The notes beneath the pieces were generated by a model. It saw nothing but the letters and a program-made list of their open reading frames with translations. It made no database searches and had not been told where the DNA came from. Positions 19,184-28,236 of a stretch of DNA of 64,000 nucleotides are shown here, piece by piece (position 1 is the first letter of the stretch; the number at the start of each line of letters is the position of its first letter). A program made the translations under genes and the position numbers. Source of the stretch: a virus (lineage: Duplodnaviria > Caudoviricetes); IMG/VR virus record IMGVR_UViG_3300008267_000012, one strand, 5' to 3'.

Positions 19184-19903
19184 ATGATTACAAAATTTGA
19201 TATTGATAATGGTATCATCATTGATATTGAAACTGTACCTGAATTTTCTTCATTTGAGGAATGTAAAAAACAAAAACCTGCATTAGCAGAAAGTTTTAAA
19301 AAAAGAGCAAAGTGGTATGCTGATAATGAGTATCGCTGCGATTTAACTGATGAACTTCTAAGTAAAATTTACTTTGAAAAGTCACCATTATATTCAGAAT
19401 ATGGTAAAATCGTTGTAATTACTTGTGGTGGTTTTAAAGATGATGTAGTTGCTACAATTACATTCTCATCTGAAGATAATGAACAGGAAATTATTAACAA
19501 TTTTTTCACATTCATTAACAAAAAGGTACAAAAAAATCCAACAACATGCATTATTGGTTATAATATCAATTCTTTTGATGTTCCTTTTATTATAAAAAGA
19601 GCATTTGTTAACAACATTTTGCAAATACCAACAATTTTTAAGATTTTTGATAAAAAACCTTGGGAATTATCAGCAAAGTTTAAAGATATATTTCTTCTTT
19701 GGCAACTAAATACAAGAAACTTTGTATCATTGGATGCTGTTGCAAGTTGTTTAGGTCTTGAAACACATAAAGATGTGATGGATGGTTCAATGGTTGGTTC
19801 AACATTTCACAAAGAAAAGAATCTACAAAAGATTATTGATTATTGCGAGATGGATGTTATACTAACAGGTAGAGTAATGAAAAGACTGTGTTTAGATGCT
19901 TAA
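19184..19903 (+). CDS. Stand-alone 3'-5' exonuclease (PolB proofreading-like, DEDD)
   Basis: IIDIETVP (ExoI), IGYNINSFDVPF (ExoII), DYCEMDV (ExoIII). Confidence 0.85.
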   Translation: MITKFDIDNGIIIDIETVPEFSSFEECKKQKPALAESFKKRAKWYADNEYRCDLTDELLSKIYFEKSPLYSEYGKIVVITCGGFKDDVVATITFSSEDNEQEIINNFFTFINKKVQKNPTTCIIGYNINSFDVPFIIKRAFVNNILQIPTIFKIFDKKPWELSAKFKDIFLLWQLNTRNFVSLDAVASCLGLETHKDVMDGSMVGSTFHKEKNLQKIIDYCEMDVILTGRVMKRLCLDA

Positions 19904-20468
19904 AGAGATATTAATAAATCCTATTGAAAATTGTGTAAAAGAAAAGAGTAATAAAAAATATATTATTCTTTTAGATACACTTAGATATGATTTTAAAAAA
20001 TATATAATATCTCTTTCAAAAAAAGAATATGCACCTGCTTTTTTAATTAAAAAGAATGGCGATATTCATAAATTTTATGATGAGAGTTATTACAGTAATA
20101 TAACTAATATTGAGAAGATTAATAAAACAGCAATTTTTATAGGAATAGAAAATGCAGGTAAATTAATTAATATGAATGATGAATTTCTTAATTGGTGTAA
20201 TGATGTTGTGGAGAAAAACGATGTTGGGGAGATAAAAATCAATAAAGAAACCGTTTATTATGATAAATACACTAAGTACCAATTACAATCCATTGGTCAT
20301 TTAATCATACATTTGGGTAATAAATATAATTTAAATTTAAAGGAAATATCTTTGAGGAATAAAGAGGACAATGCTATCATTTTTTTAAATGACATTGACA
20401 TTTTTTCTTATTCACCAAATCCAACTTTAAATGTTGAAAAATTAAATTCTATAATTTTTGATAATTAG
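19896..20468 (+). CDS. N-acetylmuramoyl-L-alanine amidase-like protein, apparently degenerate
   Basis: Amidase_2-like scaffold (FLIKKNGDIHKF, AIFIGIENAG, YTKYQLQSIGHLI) without the expected N-terminal His zinc ligand (IILLDT where IxxHHT is expected). Confidence 0.5.
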   Translation: MLKEILINPIENCVKEKSNKKYIILLDTLRYDFKKYIISLSKKEYAPAFLIKKNGDIHKFYDESYYSNITNIEKINKTAIFIGIENAGKLINMNDEFLNWCNDVVEKNDVGEIKINKETVYYDKYTKYQLQSIGHLIIHLGNKYNLNLKEISLRNKEDNAIIFLNDIDIFSYSPNPTLNVEKLNSIIFDN

Positions 20469-20887
20469 AATTTAGTTTGTTTCATATCCATTAATTCCTG
20501 AATCATCTTTTGAACTTCATCTTGGTCTTCTTTAGATAAAGAAGAATCACCTTGAGTAGTATTTTTAGATTTATTAGATTTAATATCCAAATCACCAAAG
20601 ATTTTAACACTATTAAGGTGTTTGGTAATTAGGTCAGTTTTCATTCTTAAATACTCTTTAAAAGCGTTTAAGGAGTTGTTTCTTGATTGTTCAAGTTGAG
20701 CCATCAACTGAAGTCTTACAGGGTCTTCTACGCTATCAGAACCTAATTCTTCAATAATACGGAGTACAAAGTTATAATGTCTAACACCCATTTGCTTATA
20801 GCTTTCTAAAATGCTATAAACTTCGTTCATGTGTTTTTCAATACTTTCCTGAGTTAGAGATAATTTTGAGCGTTTTAATCTAGGCAT
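20465..20887 (-). CDS. Hypothetical late helical protein (possible terminase small subunit)
   Basis: 140-aa helical ORF with its own CTATTTATA motif (20897-20905). The TerS idea is inference only. Confidence 0.35.
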   Translation of the reverse strand: MPRLKRSKLSLTQESIEKHMNEVYSILESYKQMGVRHYNFVLRIIEELGSDSVEDPVRLQLMAQLEQSRNNSLNAFKEYLRMKTDLITKHLNSVKIFGDLDIKSNKSKNTTQGDSSLSKEDQDEVQKMIQELMDMKQTKF

Positions 20888-20896
20888 AATCTTTCT

Positions 20897-20925
20897 TATA
20901 AATAGTTAAATTTTCACTATTTAAG
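20897..20925. promoter_or_regulatory. Back-to-back candidate late promoters
   Basis: tataaatag (20897-20905, read on the minus strand) and ctatttaag (20917-20925). Confidence 0.65.
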
Positions 20926-20941
20926 GAAAATAACTATCTAA

Positions 20942-22759
20942 ATGGCAACAACTTTAAACTATAATAAAAGGAATTTCTTTGAAATAAAAGAGGAGATAAA
21001 AAGCTTTGTAAAACAGAATTATCCTGATGTTTTTCAAAATTTAGAAGATACTTCAGTAGGGTCAGTTTTCATTGATATTCTTGCAGGTACAAGTGAAATG
21101 AACTATTTCAATCTTGACCGTGTATTTCAAGAAACACAACTTGAAAATGCTCAATTAAAAAAATCATTATTTAATATTGCTAAGAATCTTGGTGTTAAGC
21201 TACCAAATAAAAAACCTTCAATTACATTAATTGATATTAGTGCAATTATACCTGCTCAAAATGATAGTTTTAATGATAGTTATTTACCAATTGTTAAAGC
21301 AGGAACACAATTTACAAATGGAAATGTAACATTTGAATTATTAGGTGATTGTGATTTCTCAACAGAATTTTCAATTGAAGGATTGCCCGAAAGTAGAACA
21401 ATAGAACCAATACAAAATAATTTTGATGAAATTGTTGCCTATAGAATAACTAAACAAGAAGTTGTGTATAATGGAACAACAAGGATTGCAAGAAGATATG
21501 TTACGGCAGAAGATTCTGTTCCATTTTATCAAATTATACTACCTGAAGATGATGTTATTGATATTACATCAATTGTTATTAAACAGGGTAATATAACATC
21601 AGTACCAACTGATGATGAATTTAATGACCAAGATTTACAATTTTTTCAAGTTGATTATTTAGCTGAATCAGAAGTATTTGTTGAAACATCCCCTGTAGTT
21701 TCTGAAAATGGAATAAGAAAAGGATATTGGAAAAAAATAAAAAAGAAATTTATTAAAGAATTTAATGAGGATGGATTTTGTAGAATTACTTTTGGTGGTG
21801 GTGATGGTAATGTTGACGCATTTGCTAACGCATTAGAAAACTCTGCAAATTTTTCAAAAATTGAAACATATCTCTATAATACATCATTAGGTCAAAAAGT
21901 ACCTGCAAACTCAACAATTTTTATTAAATATAGAGTAGGTGGTGGCACAAATACAAATTTAGGTCCAAATACTGTAAATATATTTGCAAATAAAAATGTT
22001 GTTGTTAATGGTCCAAAACAAAGTGTGAATCAATCAATTATTAATACAATGACTTGCAATAATTCAATTCCTGCATTAGGTGGCAAAGATGAATTGTCTA
22101 TTGAAGAAATAAGAAATATGATTTCTTATAACTATGGGTCGCAAGGTAGAGGTGTTACATTGGAAGACTACTATTCAATTTTATTTAGAATGCCAGGAAA
22201 ATATGGTGTACCATTTAAATTTGCAACATCATTAAGAAATAATGCAATTGTTTATAATATTATAGGCTTAGATGCTGATGGAAAACTTAATAATACATCA
22301 ACTAATTTATTGAAAGAAAATATTGCTGAATTTTTAACTAAACATAGAATGATTAATGATTATATTAAAGTTGAAGATGGGCAAATTTATAATTTATCAT
22401 ATGAAATAAATGTTTTGGTTGAAAAAACAACTACAAATGATTTTGAAATAATCGCAAAAGTCATTAAAGAAGTATTAGATTTCCATTCTATTTATAAACA
22501 AACAATTGGTCAAAATATCTATATTGGTAGATTATACGAAGCCGTAAATAATGTTCCAAATGTTATTAATATTAATTCTATAAAATGTTATAATAAGACA
22601 GGTGTTTTATATTCTGCAAATAGAATGAATGTAGCATTTTTAGATAATCTTACAGGTGAATTAGATTTATCAGATGGTATTTTATATAATACATATGATG
22701 GTATATTTGAAATAAAAAATAATACAGATGTAAAAATAACAGTTACTAAATTAATGTAA
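20942..22759 (+). CDS. gp6: Baseplate wedge subunit, gp6/Baseplate_J-like
   Basis: LNYNKRNF.EIK, ETQLENAQ...S..NIA..LG, ITFGGG, YRVGGG..TN, GG.DE.S.EEIR and R.VT.EDY motifs. Confidence 0.9.
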   Translation: MATTLNYNKRNFFEIKEEIKSFVKQNYPDVFQNLEDTSVGSVFIDILAGTSEMNYFNLDRVFQETQLENAQLKKSLFNIAKNLGVKLPNKKPSITLIDISAIIPAQNDSFNDSYLPIVKAGTQFTNGNVTFELLGDCDFSTEFSIEGLPESRTIEPIQNNFDEIVAYRITKQEVVYNGTTRIARRYVTAEDSVPFYQIILPEDDVIDITSIVIKQGNITSVPTDDEFNDQDLQFFQVDYLAESEVFVETSPVVSENGIRKGYWKKIKKKFIKEFNEDGFCRITFGGGDGNVDAFANALENSANFSKIETYLYNTSLGQKVPANSTIFIKYRVGGGTNTNLGPNTVNIFANKNVVVNGPKQSVNQSIINTMTCNNSIPALGGKDELSIEEIRNMISYNYGSQGRGVTLEDYYSILFRMPGKYGVPFKFATSLRNNAIVYNIIGLDADGKLNNTSTNLLKENIAEFLTKHRMINDYIKVEDGQIYNLSYEINVLVEKTTTNDFEIIAKVIKEVLDFHSIYKQTIGQNIYIGRLYEAVNNVPNVININSIKCYNKTGVLYSANRMNVAFLDNLTGELDLSDGILYNTYDGIFEIKNNTDVKITVTKLM

Positions 22760-22763
22760 TATC

Positions 22764-24041
22764 ATGGCTATAAACCAAAAGAAATCAAAAATTATAGAAA
22801 AAATTAAACTTTATATGACTATTGCTAATAGTGATATAGATTTAAAAACTTTTGAAACATTTTTATCACAAGATAACAACCCATTAAATTTTTTATTATT
22901 AATATATAAAACTGTTGAAGGTGAAAATCAATTAGAAGCCTTAACAGAATATATGTTAACAAAAATTATAAAACAATCATATTTAGATGAACAACAAAAT
23001 AAGTTTTATAATTTATTATTAAAAAAAATGCCTGAAAATCTTCAAACACCACAACAGTTAAGTAATCCAGGTATAGAAATGCCTGTTAAAAGTTTTGATT
23101 TGAATGATAGTTTTAAAAATACAACAGGTGCAGCAGCGCAAAACGCAAATCGTTTGTTTCAAGATATGCAACAATATGTCTTAGCACAAGCAAATCAAGA
23201 TATCACTATAAGTTTAAATGGAACAGGATTAAATACCGCTATTTTAATGAACTATAATGAACAAAAAGATAATATCAATATAAAATTACCTCAAATTAAT
23301 GCAAAAGATTTATTTTTGGCATTAACAGTTTATATTGGACCATTATTTAGTGCAAGAGTTGTAATTAATGAAATTTTAAATTTACTTTTTCACACTAACT
23401 TCAATGAACAAGATGCAAAAATTACAATAATGACACGTTCATTTTCAAATTATGAAACTAAAGATGTATTTGCATTAGATTTAAAAAAATTATTAGATTT
23501 AGAATTAGATACTGAAAAAAAAGGTTTAAATGTTGATGCAAGTTGTTTTAGAGAAAATATTGAAATAACAACACAACAAATAGAACAAGTTATTAATGAA
23601 CCTACTGTTAATAGTTTTAAATTATTAATACCTGATTTTACAACACAGACAACAACAGGACAATCTAATAATAATTTTGTAAATGATTATTATAAAAATA
23701 TAGTAGATGCCATAAAAGATGCATTATTATCAATGTTTTTAAAACAACCTATTGTGGTTTTTTTAATAAACCTTTTTAATAAAACGGTTGATTTAAATTT
23801 TAATTTTTCTTTAGACATTGAAACATTAATTTTAAATATATCTGAATTTTTAAAAGAATTATGGCTTAAAATTTATGAAGATTTTTTATGTGTATTATTA
23901 AATTATATTGTAAAAGCTTTATTAAAAATAGTAATTTTTGTAACAATAAAACTAATCAAAGAACAGTTAAAGAAAAGACAAGAACTCTTATTATCTCTAT
24001 CTGGTGCTAGATTCGCCTCCTCAATAAAAAATGCATTTTAA
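22764..24041 (+). CDS. Hypothetical structural protein
   Basis: 425-aa ORF co-oriented immediately after gp6 with a 4-nt gap. Confidence 0.5.
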   Translation: MAINQKKSKIIEKIKLYMTIANSDIDLKTFETFLSQDNNPLNFLLLIYKTVEGENQLEALTEYMLTKIIKQSYLDEQQNKFYNLLLKKMPENLQTPQQLSNPGIEMPVKSFDLNDSFKNTTGAAAQNANRLFQDMQQYVLAQANQDITISLNGTGLNTAILMNYNEQKDNINIKLPQINAKDLFLALTVYIGPLFSARVVINEILNLLFHTNFNEQDAKITIMTRSFSNYETKDVFALDLKKLLDLELDTEKKGLNVDASCFRENIEITTQQIEQVINEPTVNSFKLLIPDFTTQTTTGQSNNNFVNDYYKNIVDAIKDALLSMFLKQPIVVFLINLFNKTVDLNFNFSLDIETLILNISEFLKELWLKIYEDFLCVLLNYIVKALLKIVIFVTIKLIKEQLKKRQELLLSLSGARFASSIKNAF

Positions 24042-24043
24042 TT

Positions 24044-24445
24044 ATGATAAGTGAAATATACGATACAATACTAAGCACATTGGATGATGTGTTAAGTATT
24101 AAAGAATTACCAAATTTCGGTGTATTACCACCATTAGTATTACCAAACTCTCAATATAGAGGTGGTATGTCAGCTACAAGGGCTGTTAGCAAAGTTTTAG
24201 AATTTAAAAAATCAAAGGGTCTACCAACAGGAACTTTACCCGATGGTAGTGACAATCTTGATGACCAACTTTGGTTTGTAGCAATTCAAGCAATTATAGA
24301 TGAAATAGTAAATGAAGCTAAAATATCAACATCAATATATCCTGGAATACCAATTCAAGCAGGAGGTTTTGATGCTACAGGAATACCTGTTGCTGTTGTA
24401 GGTTTTACACAATCATATGGGATTGGTGGCACGATAATTGAATAA
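24044..24445 (+). CDS. Hypothetical structural protein
   Basis: 133 aa with a Gly/Pro-rich beta C-terminus; last gene of the gp6 operon. Confidence 0.5.
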   Translation: MISEIYDTILSTLDDVLSIKELPNFGVLPPLVLPNSQYRGGMSATRAVSKVLEFKKSKGLPTGTLPDGSDNLDDQLWFVAIQAIIDEIVNEAKISTSIYPGIPIQAGGFDATGIPVAVVGFTQSYGIGGTIIE

Positions 24446-24452
24446 ATTTTCA

Positions 24453-24460
24453 TATATTTG
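24453..24460 (+). promoter_or_regulatory. Bacteroidota-type -7 element TATATTTG
   Basis: 5 nt upstream of the ATG at 24466. Confidence 0.55.
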
Positions 24461-24465
24461 TTATT

Positions 24466-24762
24466 ATGTTATTGAATGAAATATTGGAAAGGAAGAATGA
24501 ATCTTTCTTAAAAGAAAAAAATGAAAAATTAATTGAAAGTATAAATTTTTTAGTTGATGAATCTGATAAATATCATTCAGAACTAGATGATTTATTATTA
24601 GAAATAGAAAATACAAATATTGAAGATGATTTCTTCTTTAAGAATATTAAAAAAGAAAATTTCAAAAAAAGAGCAGTACTTTTAGAAGATAAGATTACTG
24701 CAATTGAAAAAAAATGGTCTGAATTAATATTGATTCTAGACCAGCGTTTGAATAAAAAATAA
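24466..24762 (+). CDS. Hypothetical coiled-coil protein
   Basis: 98-aa charged helical ORF. Confidence 0.5.
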   Translation: MLLNEILERKNESFLKEKNEKLIESINFLVDESDKYHSELDDLLLEIENTNIEDDFFFKNIKKENFKKRAVLLEDKITAIEKKWSELILILDQRLNKK

Positions 24763-24813
24763 TTTTTTTTCTTTTTTTCGTAAAAAAAGATACTTTTGTA
24801 TCAATCATATCGT

Positions 24814-25656
24814 ATGAAAAGCATAAATTCTAATGCAATTAAGATAACAAAGGATACTAGTGATTCTTTAAAAATGTACCATCAAGAAATTAGGAATCTT
24901 GATGAAATTAATAAGAAAACAGAAATTGAATTATTTGTTGAATATCAGAAAACAAAATGCCCTAAAATAAAAGAATTATTAATTAATAACAATTTAAGAT
25001 TCGTTATTAATGTTGCAAAATATTATCACAATAGTCAATTTTATGAATTAACAGATATTATCTCTTCAGGTAATATTGGTCTAATTAGGGCAGTTGAAGA
25101 CTTTAACCCAAATAAAGGTTATAAATTTAGTACATATGCAATATGGTGGATAAAACAATCAATTTTAGAAGGTATTGCAAAAGAATCAAAGATAATTAAA
25201 CAACCAATCAAACTTCATTCAGTCAATCAAAAGTATTTAAAAGTTAAAAATGATTTTTATAATAAATATGGTTTTGACCCAAACATTGATGACATAAGAG
25301 AAGATTTAGATGAAGAAACGGCAAGTGAAATAATTGCAAAATCAGTCAATGCTATTGATGATAATAACATAATTTCAATTAAATCATTTTTCAATAATGA
25401 TGAAAATTTAAATTATGAAGATATGTTACCAAGTAGTATATTGAATGATGAATTCATATACATGAATTCTGATTTAAAATCATTAAATTTTAAATCTCTG
25501 AATAAAATTGAAAAACTAATCATAAGTTATTCTTATGGATTTGATGATAAACCTGAACTTAGTTTTAATCAAATATCCAATCTGTTAAATATGACAGAAA
25601 GGGAGATAAAGAAAATTCACGATAAATCTTTAAAGAAAATCAAAAATGATTTATAA
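24814..25656 (+). CDS. RNA polymerase sigma factor, sigma70 group 1/2-like
   Basis: NLRFVINVAK, DIISSGNIGLIRAVEDF.P.KGYKFSTYAIWWIKQSI (region 2) and a C-terminal region-4 HTH. The start is likely MKSIN at 24814; TACTTTTG lies at 24791-24798. Confidence 0.92.
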   Translation: MKSINSNAIKITKDTSDSLKMYHQEIRNLDEINKKTEIELFVEYQKTKCPKIKELLINNNLRFVINVAKYYHNSQFYELTDIISSGNIGLIRAVEDFNPNKGYKFSTYAIWWIKQSILEGIAKESKIIKQPIKLHSVNQKYLKVKNDFYNKYGFDPNIDDIREDLDEETASEIIAKSVNAIDDNNIISIKSFFNNDENLNYEDMLPSSILNDEFIYMNSDLKSLNFKSLNKIEKLIISYSYGFDDKPELSFNQISNLLNMTEREIKKIHDKSLKKIKNDL

Positions 25657-26608
25657 TCTTCTTGAAGATGTTTTTGGTCATCCCAAAAATAATGCATCAA
25701 CTCAGATGCAATTTAATTGTCCTGAATGCGCTAAAATGAATTATGGTGTTTCGGATAATAAATATAATCTTGAGGTCAATATTGCATCAAATAATAAAGG
25801 AAAATACAATAAGGTTTGTAAATGTTGGAAATGTGGATTATCAGGTCCACTTTTTTTTGTATTTAAAAAATACGCAACAAAAAAACAGATTGCAGAATTT
25901 ATAAAATATGAAAATGAACCTGTAATATTATCACAGATAAAAAAGTATAAAATCTTTGGTCTTCCAAAAGAGTTTATATCATTTCAAAAAATGGATATAA
26001 ACAACTCAATACATATGGAAGCATATAATTATCTTAAAAATAGAAAAGTATCTGACTTTTTAATAAAAAGAGATAATGTTGGTTTTTGTCTTGAAGGTTA
26101 TTATAAAGATAGGATTGTTATACCATCATATGACTTAGATGGTAAAATTAATTTTTACATTACTAGAGCATTTACAAACGATGTTGAAAAACATCAAGCA
26201 TATAAACTACCACAAGCGGATAAAAAAGAAATAATCTTCAATGAAAAACACATAAATTGGAATTCAACTGTTTATATTGTTGAAGCGTATTTTGAATACA
26301 CCACTATACCAATTAACACTATAGTATTATTAGGTAAATCTCTTCAAGATAATATCTTATCAAAATTAATAAAATATAAACCTAATGTTATAATAATGTT
26401 AAATCCTGATGCAATAGAAAAAAGACAGGATTTTAATTATTCAAAGACACCTAATTCATCCTTAGAGATTAAGGAACGATTATTGAGTTTAGGTTTAGAA
26501 AATGTAATGATTCAAACATATGAAAATAATGATGATTTAAATACAAATATGCAAAAACACGAAAAAAATCATATATTTGAATTAATGAAATCAAATTTAA
26601 AACAATAA
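25646..26608 (+). CDS. DnaG-like primase (Zn finger + TOPRIM-like)
   Basis: CPEC...CWKC zinc finger, YLKNRKV, RIVIPSYD..G.INFYITR, then a TOPRIM-like YIVEAYFE and LLGK.L. Confidence 0.75.
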   Translation: MIYNLLEDVFGHPKNNASTQMQFNCPECAKMNYGVSDNKYNLEVNIASNNKGKYNKVCKCWKCGLSGPLFFVFKKYATKKQIAEFIKYENEPVILSQIKKYKIFGLPKEFISFQKMDINNSIHMEAYNYLKNRKVSDFLIKRDNVGFCLEGYYKDRIVIPSYDLDGKINFYITRAFTNDVEKHQAYKLPQADKKEIIFNEKHINWNSTVYIVEAYFEYTTIPINTIVLLGKSLQDNILSKLIKYKPNVIIMLNPDAIEKRQDFNYSKTPNSSLEIKERLLSLGLENVMIQTYENNDDLNTNMQKHEKNHIFELMKSNLKQ

Positions 26609-26634
26609 AACAAAAAGTATAATGGAAAAATTGA

Positions 26635-27156
26635 ATGTTAAATATAGAAAAAGAAAAGTTAGACAAAGAAATCTACAAAAAGTATGAAAAATTAGTATTG
26701 AATTATTTTTATTCAAAAACTTCTGACGCACAATTATCAAGAGATTTAAGTGCTGAAACAATGAGTAAAATTATTATAAATTACCATAAGAAACTCAATA
26801 AGAAAACTTTAGATAATTGGGTTTATACTGTTACTCAAAATCATTTTTATGATTATGTAAGAAAAATCAATAGAAAAAAATATAAAAAATATACTTCATT
26901 AGAAGGTAATTCTCAATCTATTGAACCTGTATATATTAATGTTGATTATGAAAAACAATTTGATTCTGTAAATGAAATTATGAAAATTTGTCAAGATGAA
27001 ACTCTAAAAAATTTTTATGAATATAAATATTTGAAACACTATGACAATAAGACGATTATAAAAAAGATGAATTTTTCTTATCAAAAAATAAAAGATTTTG
27101 ATGAAAAATTAATAGTATTTTTAAAGACTAACATATCTGATGACCTATTTACATGA
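26635..27156 (+). CDS. ECF-type sigma factor
   Basis: 173 aa; SRDLSAETMSKI and LDNWVYTVTQNHFYDYVRK match ECF region 2. Confidence 0.75.
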   Translation: MLNIEKEKLDKEIYKKYEKLVLNYFYSKTSDAQLSRDLSAETMSKIIINYHKKLNKKTLDNWVYTVTQNHFYDYVRKINRKKYKKYTSLEGNSQSIEPVYINVDYEKQFDSVNEIMKICQDETLKNFYEYKYLKHYDNKTIIKKMNFSYQKIKDFDEKLIVFLKTNISDDLFT

Positions 27157-27162
27157 AACTAA

Positions 27163-27915
27163 ATGAACGTGAATAGGAAATTAAAAAAATACAATGTTGA
27201 AGAAACAGAAGAAGACAAATTAAGGGAAAGGAAGAACGAGATTAGAAAAAAAGTCGGTAAGCCGTATTTAAAAATTTCCCCTAAAACTGAAAACCAAGAA
27301 AAATTTGTTAAAGACATCTTGGACAAAGAATCAATGTATGTGATTGCAACAGGTATTGCAGGAGCAGGTAAAACCTTTATAGCATTGGTTCAGGCAATAA
27401 ACCTATTATTAAACGAAAACAATACATATACAAAGATTAGAATATTTAAACCATTAAAACAATTACAACATGAAGATGTTGGTATATTACCAGGTGGTGT
27501 TGAAGAAAAACTTGAATATGTTTTAATGTCTTACTCAATGCAATTAAATAAACTATTATCACCAATTGCATTGGAGGTTCTTTTTAAAGAAAAAATCATT
27601 GAAGTAATACCAATGGGTAATTTAAGAGGTTTATCATTAGATAATATTAATATCTTTGATGAATTTCAAAATGTATCTGTTGATAATGCTGAAACAGTAT
27701 TAACTCGTTTGGAAGAAGGTGGTAAAATGATTATCATTGGTGATATTCGCCAAAGAGATTTTAAAGATAAAGATGATAATGGATTAATGTTCTTAACAGA
27801 ACATTTTAAAGATTTTGATGACCATGTTAAAGTTATTGAATTTGTTGATTCTGATTGCGTCAGAAGTCCATTAATCCAAAAAATCACTAAATTATTTGAT
27901 GAAAAGAAAAAATAA
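27163..27915 (+). CDS. phoH: PhoH-family ATPase
   Basis: PKTENQ, TGIAGAGKTF (Walker A), G.LPGGVEEK, LRGLS, IFDEFQN, LTRL, IGD..Q.D, VRSPL motifs. Confidence 0.92.
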   Translation: MNVNRKLKKYNVEETEEDKLRERKNEIRKKVGKPYLKISPKTENQEKFVKDILDKESMYVIATGIAGAGKTFIALVQAINLLLNENNTYTKIRIFKPLKQLQHEDVGILPGGVEEKLEYVLMSYSMQLNKLLSPIALEVLFKEKIIEVIPMGNLRGLSLDNINIFDEFQNVSVDNAETVLTRLEEGGKMIIIGDIRQRDFKDKDDNGLMFLTEHFKDFDDHVKVIEFVDSDCVRSPLIQKITKLFDEKKK

Positions 27916-28169
27916 TGAAAAAGTTTTTAAATAACATTACCCACAGTAAATTAGGTAAAAATTTAGACCAACTTTTTCTTGGTTTTTCTTTTGGTTTACC
28001 TAAATTTGTCCTATATTTGATTGTACCAACATTTATATTGTCATTTATGCAATTCTTTGGAGTTCAATGGGTAACCGACATGTTATTACTGAAATTGACA
28101 TTAACTATCTTACCAATTTTCCTTTTAGGGGCATTTTGGTTCATCTATAGAACAACAAGATTAGACTAA
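27915..28169 (+). CDS. Small two-TM membrane protein
   Basis: 84 aa with two hydrophobic helices. Confidence 0.5.
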   Translation: MKKFLNNITHSKLGKNLDQLFLGFSFGLPKFVLYLIVPTFILSFMQFFGVQWVTDMLLLKLTLTILPIFLLGAFWFIYRTTRLD

Positions 28170-28183
28170 CAATAAAAAAACAT

Positions 28184-28217
28184 ATCCTGTTTGTAGTAGT
28201 ATAAACAGGATTTTTTT
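28184..28217 (+). terminator. Rho-independent terminator
   Basis: atcctgttt-loop-aaacaggat stem followed by a T run; an A run precedes it, so it may be bidirectional. Confidence 0.75.
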
Positions 28218-28236
28218 ATACTTATAAATTTATAAA

